Of a DNA stretch of 64,000 bases, positions 1-10,900 are shown one piece after another. The notes below the pieces were generated by a model. It had not been told where the DNA came from, ran no database searches, and saw only the letters and a list, made by a program, of their open reading frames with translations. A program made the position numbers and the translations under genes. This stretch comes from a virus (lineage: Duplodnaviria > Caudoviricetes), in the IMG/VR virus record IMGVR_UViG_3300028549_000507, positions 96,001 through 160,000 of that record; one strand, given 5' to 3'. The first letter of the stretch is position 1. Every line of letters begins with the position of its first letter.

Positions 1-2291
1 TGTTTTGGAGTTCCATCTTTTGGGAAAACGAATATACCACCAAGCAACAACTCATATATATTAGATAATACTCCAAGAGGGGACATTGCTGCCGCTTTTG
101 CCACGCCGTCACTAAATCCAACATCGCTCGGATTCATATTTCCGATTGTAGACTCCCGCCCACCAGCACTAATCTTAAGTTCTTCCATCGCTTTAATAGT
201 TTTAGCTTTTTGGATATTGTGCTCAAGAGTACCTTCTGCAAAGTCACCAGATCTATCAAGGATTTTAATACGCTCTTCTTGCGTAGTTTGACGTGCATCT
301 TGGATATAATTTGCAAGCAAAGATGATCCAGATCCGTCATTCATCATCTCTTGTACTTCTTCATTAAAGAATTTTCCAAGACGCATACGTATAGAATTCA
401 TAGATCTGGTAAACAGTTCTTGGTCATTCTGAGTATACTCTGTTCTAAATGATTCAACGAATCTAAGAAGATTATTCTTATCCTTCAACTTATTAGTCAG
501 AAGCTTCTGATAAGCTCCATCTCGCATAAGTGCTTCTGGGGTAAAGTGGTAGTTTAACCCTGCAATATTTTTGATAATCTGATCAACGTCGGCACTATAT
601 GATTTGGAATATTTTCCAAGATCCATATCATATTGATATTGATCTTTAGCAAGGTTTTCTTGAAGAGTTGCAAACTCTTTAGAATCCTTAGAGATCTTTT
701 CAGATCTAACTAATTCATTTATACGATCTTTTTCAGCCTTAAGTCTATCAGCTCGTTCTTTTAACTCAGCATTACCTTCAAGAATATATTTTTCACCAGC
801 AATTTTAGACTTATCAGTCAAGGCATTCATATCTGAATTACCTTCATAAATATTCTTTACAGCATATTTATATTCTTTAATTGCAAATGAACTTTTTCTA
901 AACGTATTAAGTTTATGATCGAAATAAATCTCTTCACTACCGCTATTAACAGCCAGTATCTTAGATAAAAGTCCAGGAATAGCTTGAGTTACTGAATTAT
1001 AGAATCGTTTGTCGAAATTAGCTTTCGCATTCAATTCTTTATCATCGAATCCTGTCTTAAACTTGTTGGTAGACAATTCTTTAACGCCAAGAAAAGATGA
1101 TAATGTTCTGAGTAATGGATTGTCACTAGTATTCGCAATGGTGTTAAACATTGTATTTATAGTTGTAGGTAGCCCTTCAACGGTTTCATTAAATCTTCCA
1201 AGCTTATCTTTAACTTTAGAGTTCATAAATAAACCAGGAATTTCAGGGAGAACCAACTCCATAAGAGCATTACCAGCACTCTTTTTACCCATCATACCTT
1301 GCATAGATCCAAGCATACCAAGGCTTCCGGCAATCTGACCTATCGGGCTATCCTCAATCCACCCTTTTATATTATCCATCACAGCATTAGAATAACCTTC
1401 ACCATTGAAACCGAAACCAAAGATGTCATTCATGACAGATTTACCTTTGTTTTCTCTTTCAAATTTTGGCACATACGTATTCTTATTAATCTGATTCAAG
1501 AGTTTTATAGTATCTTGTTGTAGTCCTAGAGATTTAGTAGAAAATTCCATTGCTGCTTGAGCGGAAGTTTGTCCTACTGTACCGAGATATCTGACAATTT
1601 TTCCAACATTACTATCAATGTTGGCCATATAGCCAACATTTTGAAGATGTCTCATGTCACTTCTATTCTCAGACCTAACATGCAACTTAGCATTCTGCCT
1701 AGTACCAGCTTTGAATACTTCTTGTTGCATATTTAAATTAGCTTGTGTACTTTTTACAGTAGCCGTAACGATGTGTTCTGCTGATTTTTTGTAAGTACTA
1801 TCAAGTTGAAGCTTGGAGTCATTACTAGAATCATCTTCATCGCCCCAAGAATCATCGCCAAACATAGAATCCATACTAAAGTCATCGTCAGATGTACCGA
1901 ATGTAAAGTCACCCGTTTTAGCAGCTTTAGCAAAGTCTCCAAGAACTTCTTTCAAGCTATCTTTCATTATAGATCCAAGAGCCTTACCAGCAGTCTTCTT
2001 TCTATATGATTCAGATACTTTATCAAGTCCATCCTTAGATCTCTGGATAGTATTGTTTTTAGCGCTATCTAATTCTCGGACCATATTTGTGACAGAAGGG
2101 AATAACGCATCCCCCAGACCCATGGCGGCAGTCTTAACAGTTTTGCCAAGATTTTTAGCATAACTGCGTATACCGCCCGGCTCAGAATCTTTTCCTCCAT
2201 CAGAATCAAAATCTCCTAAGGGAAAAAACTCATCTTCCCCATAGTCGAAATCATCATCTCCGAAGTCGTCAAAATTCTTATTATTAGCCAT
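1..2291 (-). CDS. Large virion protein, N-terminal part, runs off the left edge; probable tape-measure/tail lysin-like protein (phiKZ gp181-like)
   Basis: Not in the ORF track. ATG at 2291 gives MANNKNFDDFGDDDFDYGEDEFF. The frame was spot-checked as open at the start, middle (~1200) and left edge (..NIYELLLGGIFVFPKDGTPK). The acidic DDF-rich N-terminus resembles jumbo-phage tail-length proteins. Confidence 0.55.
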   Translation of the reverse strand, partial: MANNKNFDDFGDDDFDYGEDEFFPLGDFDSDGGKDSEPGGIRSYAKNLGKTVKTAAMGLGDALFPSVTNMVRELDSAKNNTIQRSKDGLDKVSESYRKKTAGKALGSIMKDSLKEVLGDFAKAAKTGDFTFGTSDDDFSMDSMFGDDSWGDEDDSSNDSKLQLDSTYKKSAEHIVTATVKSTQANLNMQQEVFKAGTRQNAKLHVRSENRSDMRHLQNVGYMANIDSNVGKIVRYLGTVGQTSAQAAMEFSTKSLGLQQDTIKLLNQINKNTYVPKFERENKGKSVMNDIFGFGFNGEGYSNAVMDNIKGWIEDSPIGQIAGSLGMLGSMQGMMGKKSAGNALMELVLPEIPGLFMNSKVKDKLGRFNETVEGLPTTINTMFNTIANTSDNPLLRTLSSFLGVKELSTNKFKTGFDDKELNAKANFDKRFYNSVTQAIPGLLSKILAVNSGSEEIYFDHKLNTFRKSSFAIKEYKYAVKNIYEGNSDMNALTDKSKIAGEKYILEGNAELKERADRLKAEKDRINELVRSEKISKDSKEFATLQENLAKDQYQYDMDLGKYSKSYSADVDQIIKNIAGLNYHFTPEALMRDGAYQKLLTNKLKDKNNLLRFVESFRTEYTQNDQELFTRSMNSIRMRLGKFFNEEVQEMMNDGSGSSLLANYIQDARQTTQEERIKILDRSGDFAEGTLEHNIQKAKTIKAMEELKISAGGRESTIGNMNPSDVGFSDGVAKAAAMSPLGVLSNIYELLLGGIFVFPKDGTPK

Positions 2292-2303
2292 AAAGAACTC
2301 CGA

Positions 2304-2576
2304 TTATATAACATTAGTTAATTTCATAATGCAAAGAATTATTATAATAATTGATAAAACTATAAGATATATCTTAAAGCTTTTTTCATATTTTTCAAAT
2401 TTCTTCATAAAGAGTAACATAGATTTTAATTCACTATTACTAATATTCAAGCCTTCACTTTTATATTTTTTATTTGCATAATAATATAATATGAATAAAA
2501 GTGCCACTGAAACCGCGTTAAATTGTAATACTATAAGTGTACTAGCTACTACCAAATCCGTAATAAAACCATTCAT
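2304..2576 (-). CDS. Small membrane protein, two predicted TM segments
   Basis: 90 aa with two hydrophobic stretches; overlaps the upstream stop by 4 nt (translational coupling). Confidence 0.6.
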   Translation of the reverse strand: MNGFITDLVVASTLIVLQFNAVSVALLFILYYYANKKYKSEGLNISNSELKSMLLFMKKFEKYEKSFKIYLIVLSIIIIILCIMKLTNVI

Positions 2577-3268
2577 TTTCCACCCTCCAACGATTGTTGT
2601 TTCTCAAGGAATCTGCTTTTTAATTTTTCAACAATCAACTTTTCAACATCCATAGATTCGATACCTTTATATGTATTATTCTGTATCATAGTTGGAGTAT
2701 ATTTTACGATATCAGGAATTTTATCAGGATCTTCATCCATCATTGCATTGAATTCTACAATTTTACCTCTAGCTTCATCGCTCATATATTCTTCATACTC
2801 TCTGAAGAATGATCTCCAATTACCTTCTACCATTCTTGGATGTATCTTTAAGCTTCCGGAATGTACAAGTTTGTGAGCCGTAGGATTTAGTGGAACTAAG
2901 CCCACTTTAAAAGAATAGTGTAAATAGTTTACTTCTTCTTCAACTTTCCATGGCTCAAAATGAGGATCCTCAGCATCTAATCTATAATGTTTAGTAGCTA
3001 CAGCTTCCACAATGTCGAATAAACATAGTGGGGAATGATGAAGTTCTATGATGAATCCGTTATCCATAGAATAATCTTTATAAAAACTACATTTATTAAT
3101 GTCCATAGTTCTTTTTAAGTATCCTATAAATTCTCGATATTCAAATATTCTTCTAATTCTTGCTGTCATATATTTGATAATCTTAACGTCTAAAACTCTA
3201 TACTTTCCATCAAAACTAGGTAATGGAACATCATCATCATAGACATATACGGTAGGAGTCTTTTTCAT
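2573..3268 (-). CDS. HNH-like His-rich conserved jumbo-phage protein
   Basis: IELHHSPLCLFDIV...VGLVPLNPTAHKLVHSG resembles an HNH/beta-beta-alpha-Me fold; RBS and promoter motif upstream. Confidence 0.5.
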   Translation of the reverse strand: MKKTPTVYVYDDDVPLPSFDGKYRVLDVKIIKYMTARIRRIFEYREFIGYLKRTMDINKCSFYKDYSMDNGFIIELHHSPLCLFDIVEAVATKHYRLDAEDPHFEPWKVEEEVNYLHYSFKVGLVPLNPTAHKLVHSGSLKIHPRMVEGNWRSFFREYEEYMSDEARGKIVEFNAMMDEDPDKIPDIVKYTPTMIQNNTYKGIESMDVEKLIVEKLKSRFLEKQQSLEGGK

Positions 3269-3292
3269 AGTCCCTCTTAATTCTTTTTATTA

Positions 3293-3304
3293 CATTATGA
3301 TGTT
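3293..3304 (-). promoter_or_regulatory. AACA-N6-TG promoter (AR9 nvRNAP-type)
   Basis: Minus strand AACA tcataa TG, 25 nt upstream of ATG 3268. Confidence 0.7.
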
Positions 3305-3415
3305 TGATAATTGATTTTTTAAAATGGATTATACATACATATTTAATAGTGGAGACATATGAGTATATGCACTCTACAGTACTATTAATTATTATTATTA
3401 TTAAGGGAGGCCATC

Positions 3416-3736
3416 ATGGCTTTTGTAATTTGTGATGACGGTAAAAAGACAGTAAACCTTAAAAAGGTTAGCGCAACTGAAGTATCATCTGTTGATGGGT
3501 GTATCAAAATCACGTTCCTCATGGATAATGGTATCGAAGATGAAATCGATATTGAACATGATTCTATTAAAGCTGGAGTTAACGTGTATACACGACTCTG
3601 GTCTGTAAAGGCCGGAGAATCAATGAATCTCATCTCAATGATGGACCTTCTTATGAAGGATGAAAACGTATACATGGACCTTCAGGGAAGACTTATGCTT
3701 TCTGCAGCGCCGCAGAAGAAGCATACTCCTAAGTAG
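3416..3736 (+). CDS. Hypothetical protein
   Basis: 106 aa, strong RBS (AAGGGAGG), followed by a terminator. Confidence 0.75.
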   Translation: MAFVICDDGKKTVNLKKVSATEVSSVDGCIKITFLMDNGIEDEIDIEHDSIKAGVNVYTRLWSVKAGESMNLISMMDLLMKDENVYMDLQGRLMLSAAPQKKHTPK

Positions 3737-3752
3737 TAAGTTGTAAAATAAA

Positions 3753-3777
3753 AGAGAGAGGATTAAATCCTCTCTCT
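3753..3777. terminator. Bidirectional intrinsic terminator
   Basis: agagagagga-ttaaa-tcctctctct flanked by A and T tracts, between convergent genes. Confidence 0.85.
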
Positions 3778-3784
3778 ATTTTTT

Positions 3785-5650
3785 TTATTTAGTAACCCGA
3801 TAAACAGTCGCCTGTCCAGGATAGATACTAAGCATCTGATTAGAAGAGATGAGTGTACCAACAGACCCAAACACAGAACTCATAAGTTCATAGTCAGTAT
3901 TAGCGGGAACAAGTGGATTTACCACATCATATTCTTCCAATCCTGCAAGTTTACCCTTAACAAGGTCGAATACTTTAGGACTTTCATCCGTAGTATATAC
4001 GTCAGAAATGATCTTCTTAGCAGCAGGAGTATCTTTACCAACCATATTTTCAATAGCAACAGTATATGCGGCTTTGAATGCTTCAGATACAAATCCAACA
4101 ATATCAGTAACGATAGCAGACACATGCTCTTCACTGTTACCGACGATTACATGGATATCATTTGAAACGATATTATTAGTAATATCTTTAACCATTTTAT
4201 CAAAGTTATCAGCAATGAAGTGCGTAATAGTTACATTACCACCAAGAGTTACACCGTGTTCGATAGATGAATGACATGCCATAATAGCATCATCAATGAT
4301 CAATCTACGAGCACGACGCTCTTTATCATTAGCTCCACCAACACGAATAATAGACATATCACTATTCAACATAGAGATACGGCGTCTAAGAGATTCTACT
4401 GATGCAAATGAAAGGATTCCTTCATTCAAACTAACTTCACCAATACGTTTTTCGATATGAGAAATACGCTCACGTACAGCTTCTTTATCTCCGCCACCAC
4501 GTTTGATGTTAGTTTTAAGCTGTGTACCTTTGAACTGAGCGGCATTACCCAAGAATTTTTCAATAAAGTCAACATTGGATTTGAAATCCATAATCTTACC
4601 TTTATTTGTTTCAACGATTTCACATCCAAGAATGATTCTAAGATCTTCAAGACGATCTCTAGATTTTTCATTCTCACCGTTAATAGATAAACAAACAAGA
4701 GGCTCTTTTTCATGAAGAACTGGTACATTTCCGCGCATCTCAGTATTACGAGTACAACGTCTTACGATACTATTGATCACCGGCTGATCGAAATCTTTGG
4801 CAACGAGAACAAGAGGTTTTCCAAGCTGGAATATAACATAGTCGATAACTTTGTTAACATTCTCAAGATCCGACAACGTAAGCGGTCCATCGATAAGAAG
4901 GAATTTAGGTTCTTCAAGAATACAAGTGATTCTATCAGTCTGGTTTGCCATGATAGGGTTAATAAATCCGGCACCGAAGTCGAATCCGATTTCTTCTTCA
5001 ACGAAAGTTTCATCAGTAGTACCGAGTTCAGTAGATACATATACATACTTACTATCGCGTTTTGTATACAGATTTGCAACAAGATTACCAATTTCAGGAT
5101 CATTATTTGCAGATACAGTAGATACACGTCTAATAAGTTTATCTTCGAGATCTCTATCAAGATCTTTAAGGATATATTTTGTATTTTTACAAGTATTAAT
5201 CATGATATACTTACGAATCTCTTCAAGAATAAGTCTGATAGAGATTGTAGGGAGCTTACATCCGATATGAGGATGAGCTTTTACGATATCATACTCTCTA
5301 AGATATTTATACAAAGCATACGCGATGATAATACCGGAAGTAGTACTGTCTCCGACTTTAACATTCATACGTTTTGAGATATCTTTAATGATCTCAGCGA
5401 TGAAATGTTTAACTTGGTCATTGAATTTATATTCCTGAACAACTGTAAATCCGTCTTTAGTAGGATATACTGGAACTGTTGCGTCGATATGCGAAATCAT
5501 ACACAATCCGCCACCAGGTCCCAAAGTTCTTTCGACACTACTTGCCATTTTACCGAATACGAAATCTACATTCGAATGAAAATCTACATCATTGATGATA
5601 TTTTCATCTTTCAAAACATCCGATATCTCTCTAACTGTTGCTTCCGACAT
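3785..5650 (-). CDS. groEL: Phage GroEL-like chaperonin
   Basis: RTLGPGG, PTKDGFTV, VGDSTTS (GDGTTT equivalent), IIRVGGAND.E..ARR..IDDA; 621 aa; no GGM tail. Confidence 0.92.
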   Translation of the reverse strand: MSEATVREISDVLKDENIINDVDFHSNVDFVFGKMASSVERTLGPGGGLCMISHIDATVPVYPTKDGFTVVQEYKFNDQVKHFIAEIIKDISKRMNVKVGDSTTSGIIIAYALYKYLREYDIVKAHPHIGCKLPTISIRLILEEIRKYIMINTCKNTKYILKDLDRDLEDKLIRRVSTVSANNDPEIGNLVANLYTKRDSKYVYVSTELGTTDETFVEEEIGFDFGAGFINPIMANQTDRITCILEEPKFLLIDGPLTLSDLENVNKVIDYVIFQLGKPLVLVAKDFDQPVINSIVRRCTRNTEMRGNVPVLHEKEPLVCLSINGENEKSRDRLEDLRIILGCEIVETNKGKIMDFKSNVDFIEKFLGNAAQFKGTQLKTNIKRGGGDKEAVRERISHIEKRIGEVSLNEGILSFASVESLRRRISMLNSDMSIIRVGGANDKERRARRLIIDDAIMACHSSIEHGVTLGGNVTITHFIADNFDKMVKDITNNIVSNDIHVIVGNSEEHVSAIVTDIVGFVSEAFKAAYTVAIENMVGKDTPAAKKIISDVYTTDESPKVFDLVKGKLAGLEEYDVVNPLVPANTDYELMSSVFGSVGTLISSNQMLSIYPGQATVYRVTK

Positions 5651-5659
5651 TGAAATCTC

Positions 5660-6010
5660 CTAGATTTTTATAGTAATCGTTTTTGTCTTTTTGTTTTCTC
5701 TGATAACCGGTGACTTACTGCCATTTTTCTTTAAACAGTCTGACAATTGGGATACGTCTTCCATAGTAATCTCTTCAACATTCTTTATATGGAATATTGC
5801 ACCATTTTTTTGGAAGTCCATAGCTATAGCAAATTTATGCGGACTATGATCTTTATGGTGCAACCCGTGTTGTAAATTGAAAAGATTCACAGACCTAAAC
5901 ATAGTTGTTATAGAAGGTACATTCTTAAATCCACAAACCTTCTTAGCAGTAACTCCACTATTGTCAGCTAACTCATTCACAAAGTTATTTAAAGTATTTT
6001 CAGTAGTCAT
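5660..6010 (-). CDS. Hypothetical protein
   Basis: 116 aa, GGAG RBS, 9 nt upstream of the chaperonin gene. Confidence 0.7.
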   Translation of the reverse strand: MTTENTLNNFVNELADNSGVTAKKVCGFKNVPSITTMFRSVNLFNLQHGLHHKDHSPHKFAIAMDFQKNGAIFHIKNVEEITMEDVSQLSDCLKKNGSKSPVIRENKKTKTITIKI

Positions 6011-6067
6011 TATTTATTCTCCTTAAGTATTACAATGCATATTATAAAATCGCATTATTTTACTCCT

Positions 6068-6274
6068 TTACATATTTTTAATTAGTTTTTCAATATCGGG
6101 ACCTTGGGACTTACGCTTATTTAGGTTTTCCAACCTCGATTTTACCATCGCTCTCATCATAGGCATATCCATATCCATCAATTCTTGGTAGGTTATCTTA
6201 CCTGAAAAGAGCTCTAGTACCGAATCTAACATGGACGTGAAGGCATACTTTACATCAGTATTACCTTCACGCAT
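6068..6274 (-). CDS. Small protein, possible T4 gp51-like baseplate/tail assembly partner
   Basis: 68 aa helical protein (KITYQELMDMDMPMMRAMVKSRLENL) directly after a gp26-like gene. Confidence 0.45.
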   Translation of the reverse strand: MREGNTDVKYAFTSMLDSVLELFSGKITYQELMDMDMPMMRAMVKSRLENLNKRKSQGPDIEKLIKNM

Positions 6275-6282
6275 ATCATCTG

Positions 6283-7854
6283 TTACATATCGATTATTGA
6301 GTCCATCATCGAGGCTGCCCGTGTAAAAAGTATATCCCGCATATCAAGAACAGTATCTTTCTGTGCACCATTACATTTTGGGCAGACACTATCTTTAATT
6401 CTGAAGTGGATTCCTTCTTTTTTCATAAGCTTACGATGCTCAGTACCCTCAGCCAATACTTTATAATCTTCTTTAGAAAGATTCATGAGGATTGGCGGAA
6501 TCATAATAGATTTCACATTAACGTATGTAACGTGGATCTTTTTACCATGCTCAGTTTCACTCTCTTCATAGAGAGGAACAATGAGCTTCCTCGTATAAAG
6601 TGCATGCTTATATGCAAGAACTTTAGATACTGTTGATTTTGTAATACGTTTATCAAGAGCCATCCACGAAATCGGATACAGAACTCGTCTAACGATATCA
6701 TCAGATTCACCAAGATCAGATTTAATATACTTAAGGAAGTTAATTACATCTTCCATATTAGGCATACCTTGGAATACTTTGATCTTAGAATCAGGAAGAT
6801 ATGTTGGTTTTTCAATCATCGCTTGTCCAACAAGGAATGATTTAATATTAGATCTATCGGCACCGGCTTTAATTTGATCGATTACTTTCTGATCAATATC
6901 TTCTTTAGATGATTCTGATACAAATGTAATGTCCATATTATCTCTAGACTCTTCGAATCTATGATTACAATGGTCACATACAGATGTGTATTTGTATATT
7001 CCGGGATAGTTCACATTATGTACTCCCCAATATATACAGAAGAAGTCAGGATATTTAATATTTCTAAGCCATTCATCAAATTCTAATTCTTTTTTGAATG
7101 TAGAATTCTTAGTATGCTCATATGCACTAAACAATTCTTGTTCAATTTTCTCAACCACATCCATATCATTAGATGATCTATGGATACCGAGCATTTCAGC
7201 ATTGGTAAATGTAGTAATATCATAGAAAATTCCAGAATATGGAAGAATTGTTCTAGTTACACCCTTAGGACCTACGAATGGTCCACCTTTAGATCCAACG
7301 ATATATTGGTCTACGATAGCTCTCTGATAATCATCGGAGTCTACAACTTTAATATTACTACTTGGGGTAAAGTTTGCAAACTTTTTAGATGCTTTACTTT
7401 CACCATGCTGACCAATGTGTACATGAACGAATTTTTCCTCATCCTTTGTAGAAACTTCTTCTTCTACAGAGATTTCAACAGATTCATCTCCAAGATCATC
7501 AGATTCTACCAACTCAGAAACTTCATCATCACCAAAATCATCTTCTAATGATGTATGGAACTCTCCAAGTTCGGGAACTTCATTTTCAGTAATATCAATC
7601 TCAACATCCGCATCATCTACAAGGATGAGTTCTTCAGATGTTTCGACGATATCCATATTCATACCCTCTTCAACTAACGCAGTTGCTCTTGATGCGGTCG
7701 GTGGAAGTGGGAGTGGTTGTGGAACTCTCCGTACATTTTTTTTCAATCTAGGTTTCACTTCTTCAACCGGAACATCCTCAAGAACTTCTTCAACTGGAGC
7801 TGTAGCTAGGTCACTGTCGTCTGGGATTCGCAAATCATCATTTGTACTAGGCAT
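6283..7854 (-). CDS. Probable baseplate hub/tail assembly chaperone (T4 gp26-like) with acidic N-terminal region
   Basis: Two CxxC pairs (CDHC, CPKC), C-terminal LDMRDILF, ~150 aa acidic disordered N-terminus. Confidence 0.5.
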   Translation of the reverse strand: MPSTNDDLRIPDDSDLATAPVEEVLEDVPVEEVKPRLKKNVRRVPQPLPLPPTASRATALVEEGMNMDIVETSEELILVDDADVEIDITENEVPELGEFHTSLEDDFGDDEVSELVESDDLGDESVEISVEEEVSTKDEEKFVHVHIGQHGESKASKKFANFTPSSNIKVVDSDDYQRAIVDQYIVGSKGGPFVGPKGVTRTILPYSGIFYDITTFTNAEMLGIHRSSNDMDVVEKIEQELFSAYEHTKNSTFKKELEFDEWLRNIKYPDFFCIYWGVHNVNYPGIYKYTSVCDHCNHRFEESRDNMDITFVSESSKEDIDQKVIDQIKAGADRSNIKSFLVGQAMIEKPTYLPDSKIKVFQGMPNMEDVINFLKYIKSDLGESDDIVRRVLYPISWMALDKRITKSTVSKVLAYKHALYTRKLIVPLYEESETEHGKKIHVTYVNVKSIMIPPILMNLSKEDYKVLAEGTEHRKLMKKEGIHFRIKDSVCPKCNGAQKDTVLDMRDILFTRAASMMDSIIDM

Positions 7855-7905
7855 AATTTATCTCCATAAGGTAAGATAGAATTGAATTTTTGGGTTATAA
7901 CTTTC

Positions 7906-7917
7906 CAATATATTGTT
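7906..7917 (-). promoter_or_regulatory. AACA-N6-TG promoter
   Basis: AACA atatat TG upstream of ATG 7854. Confidence 0.65.
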
Positions 7918-7976
7918 TCACTGTATATAATTTTATATAAATGTTGGAGCAAAACGCCCCAACATTTATATATTTA

Positions 7977-10900
7977 TTAGAATTTAAAATCCATTCCGTC
8001 ATCTCCACCTTCGGAATCGCCTCCAGCGTCTCCGCCTTCCTCACCACCAGCGTCTCCCCCGGTATCATCTCCTCCAAAATCTCCACCACCAGCGTCTCCC
8101 CCGGTATCTCCACCAGTATCTCCGCCGCCACCATAGTCATCGCCACCTTCTTCGCCAGATTCTTCATCCTCAACAAGCTCTTTATTATACGTTTTAAGTA
8201 TATTAAACCATTTGGGAGTTTCTAATCTAGCACGTTCGATAACTTCATCAATAGTAGCCCAGTCTGTAGACGTTGAGAGTTCTTTGACAAGGAGTCTCTT
8301 AGTAAGACCTACCAATGTCTCCCACTCTTTACTATCTCCAGAGAAGTCACCATAGTACATCTTAACAATATCTTCAGCAAGTGTAGATATATTACCAAGT
8401 TCTTCAGTAATCTTCGTAACTGTAAGATTCTTAGGGGCTGGGAATTTGAATTCGATTTTAGTAATATCAATTTCAATCTCACTTTTGACACCTTTTCCAG
8501 CACTCTGTTGAACATCTGCTGAACCAGTATTTACCAATTTAAGAGTAGGAATAGTTACATCTGAATAGTGTACTAAGAGCTTAATCGCTTTAGTTATAAA
8601 CTTAGAGTAATTTACCATTCTATCAACAATAAGATTTCTATAATCTATTCTATGTTGGGTCTGAGATGCAACATATTCATCTTGAGACATCATATCCAAT
8701 GTAGTTGGAGGTACTCCAATTTTCATAATGATAGATTTAAGAGTTCTCTCTGTAAAATCATCGTCAATATCTACATTATTTACACGCTCAATCTGAGTTA
8801 CTTCGTAAAGCTTTTCACCATTGATATTTGGAATAATCAATCGTTTAAAGTTACCAACAGATCGTACAATATTATCTGTACCCCCGAAAAGGGTTCGTGC
8901 TGATACATTTCGAGTTGAAGCATTCTGACTTATCATACCCACAGTCAAACCCAATTCTCTCGATTTACCAACATTAACTTCCATAACTTCAGTGTCAGAA
9001 GATTTCATAACTTTTATCATCAATGATGAAATAAGAGATGAAATATACATATAACAACTAAAGAGTGTTCCATCAAGGATACTTAAAGGAAATCCATTAT
9101 CATCAAGTTCTCTAGACATGTATACCATATGGGATTCAGGTATAAATGAGAATCGTACTTTATTCTTAAACATGATATCATCTCGTATCAGATTCATGAG
9201 AGATGATTGGAATGTTGCATTATCAATAAGAGAATCATCACCAAGACGTTTAACGATAGTCTTAATGAGAATGCTGCGGATCAGTTCAGATTTTCTATCA
9301 CTCTGACCACTATTACCAAATTGACCTCCATTATATGGAGTATTTGGACCATTTCCGGATCCTGAAAGAATAGGAGCCATGATCGTAGATGGAGAGAATG
9401 CTCCACTTGAGAATGGATTATTACTATCCACAGCAGATGAACCAGAGTTAGCAACTAACGCTTTATCTTCTCCAACACCAAGTCTTCTGATAATATCGAG
9501 GAATGATCCTTTATCTTTTTTGAGAAGAAGGAAGTTATCCCCTTTAGTCCGCTCATATTCCATTACATAATAACCAATATGAACTCCTCCAGAAGAGATA
9601 GGAATAACATGTTCGGGCTCATACTCAGTGAATATTGCACGTTTATTCTTAACAGATTTAACATATGCTTTAGGGTCGATAAAATCATCAGTAATATCTA
9701 TTTCAAGATTGTCAAGGTTAAATGTTTTCTTTTTAACATCGTCACCTTCTAATTCATTACCATCGCCAACTCTATAGAAATCATCTATAGCACCTTTAGA
9801 ATCATCTATAGTTTTATAGAATCCTTCAGGTTTTAATCTTTTAGAAGCTTGATATAGTGGAGTTTTTCTATGGTCCACAACTTCAATACTTCTATCAAAT
9901 GCTACAATGATATCCTTGATATGTTTCTTGATAGAACTCTCTTTAGAGAATACATGTTTAGGTTCTTCAAGTTTACCCATAAATGCATTATAAGATTCCA
10001 ATGCCTCTTTATACTTGACAGTTCCATCTTTACCATTAAGAATCGATATCTTTTCAGTATTAAATGATGATTTCAATTCTTCAATGCAAACCTCAGAATA
10101 TTCGTCAATGATATCATCACTAATGATTGAATCTGTAAAAGTTTCAATACTTTTATCAGCTTTCATTCTAACATAATCGTCAGATTCTGTACTGGTTAGG
10201 AGGTTTAGACTTTTTTTAATATACGCCTGACTTACTCCTTTAATCGGACTAGGCTTAAGATATGATTCTTCAGAAAACATACTTGCAAGATTTAAAGACT
10301 CAACTCCATGAGGAAGCCCTTTATTCTTCTTAATCTCTTCATTAATCATATTAATCACATCATCTTGTGGGAGAACGCTAAATGGTTTCACACCATAAAC
10401 TTCTGCAGCCCTAATATATCTACGCATTTTATCTTCGAAGTTATATTCTTCAAGAAGATCGGTAATTTTACCTTCAATGGTATTTTTATTATTCTCATCC
10501 AATTCGTTATAGAAGTTTTTAACGAATGTTCCACTAAATTCATCTCTATTTATGATATCTTTTACGATAACCCAAATAGCTTTATCGAGTTCAGGGATAA
10601 TCTGACACACTTTATTATACTCAGGCATAAGTGCGAAGTGATTTCTAACACCTGCAACCATTTCTTCAATAATATTACTATCACTAAGCTTATCAACTAC
10701 ATGAGAATCCTCTGTAATTTGATGAGATCCTGATGGATTTGTGAAAGATTCATTAATCTTTAAATCCCGAAGAAGAGTCATCTTATCTTCTTGTTGCATT
10801 GTCGATGTTAACAATGATACATATTGAGAAGCATTAGATCCCTTAGTATTACCAGTCTTCTGTGTCGAAGGGGTTAATCTATCGGATAGAGTCTTTCTAG

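Noticed and set aside
1009-2163. Several plus-strand ORFs of 67-116 aa
   Set aside because: Antisense shadows of the large uncalled minus-strand gene
4008-5653. Plus-strand ORFs up to 221 aa opposite groEL, and similar antisense ORFs across the window (e.g. 34777-35463, 53765-54457)
   Set aside because: No RBS or promoter support, and fully nested opposite well-supported genes
3416-6010. GroES candidates flanking the chaperonin (106 aa and 116 aa ORFs)
   Set aside because: No PLxDRV or mobile-loop GGI motif; similar size alone is not evidence
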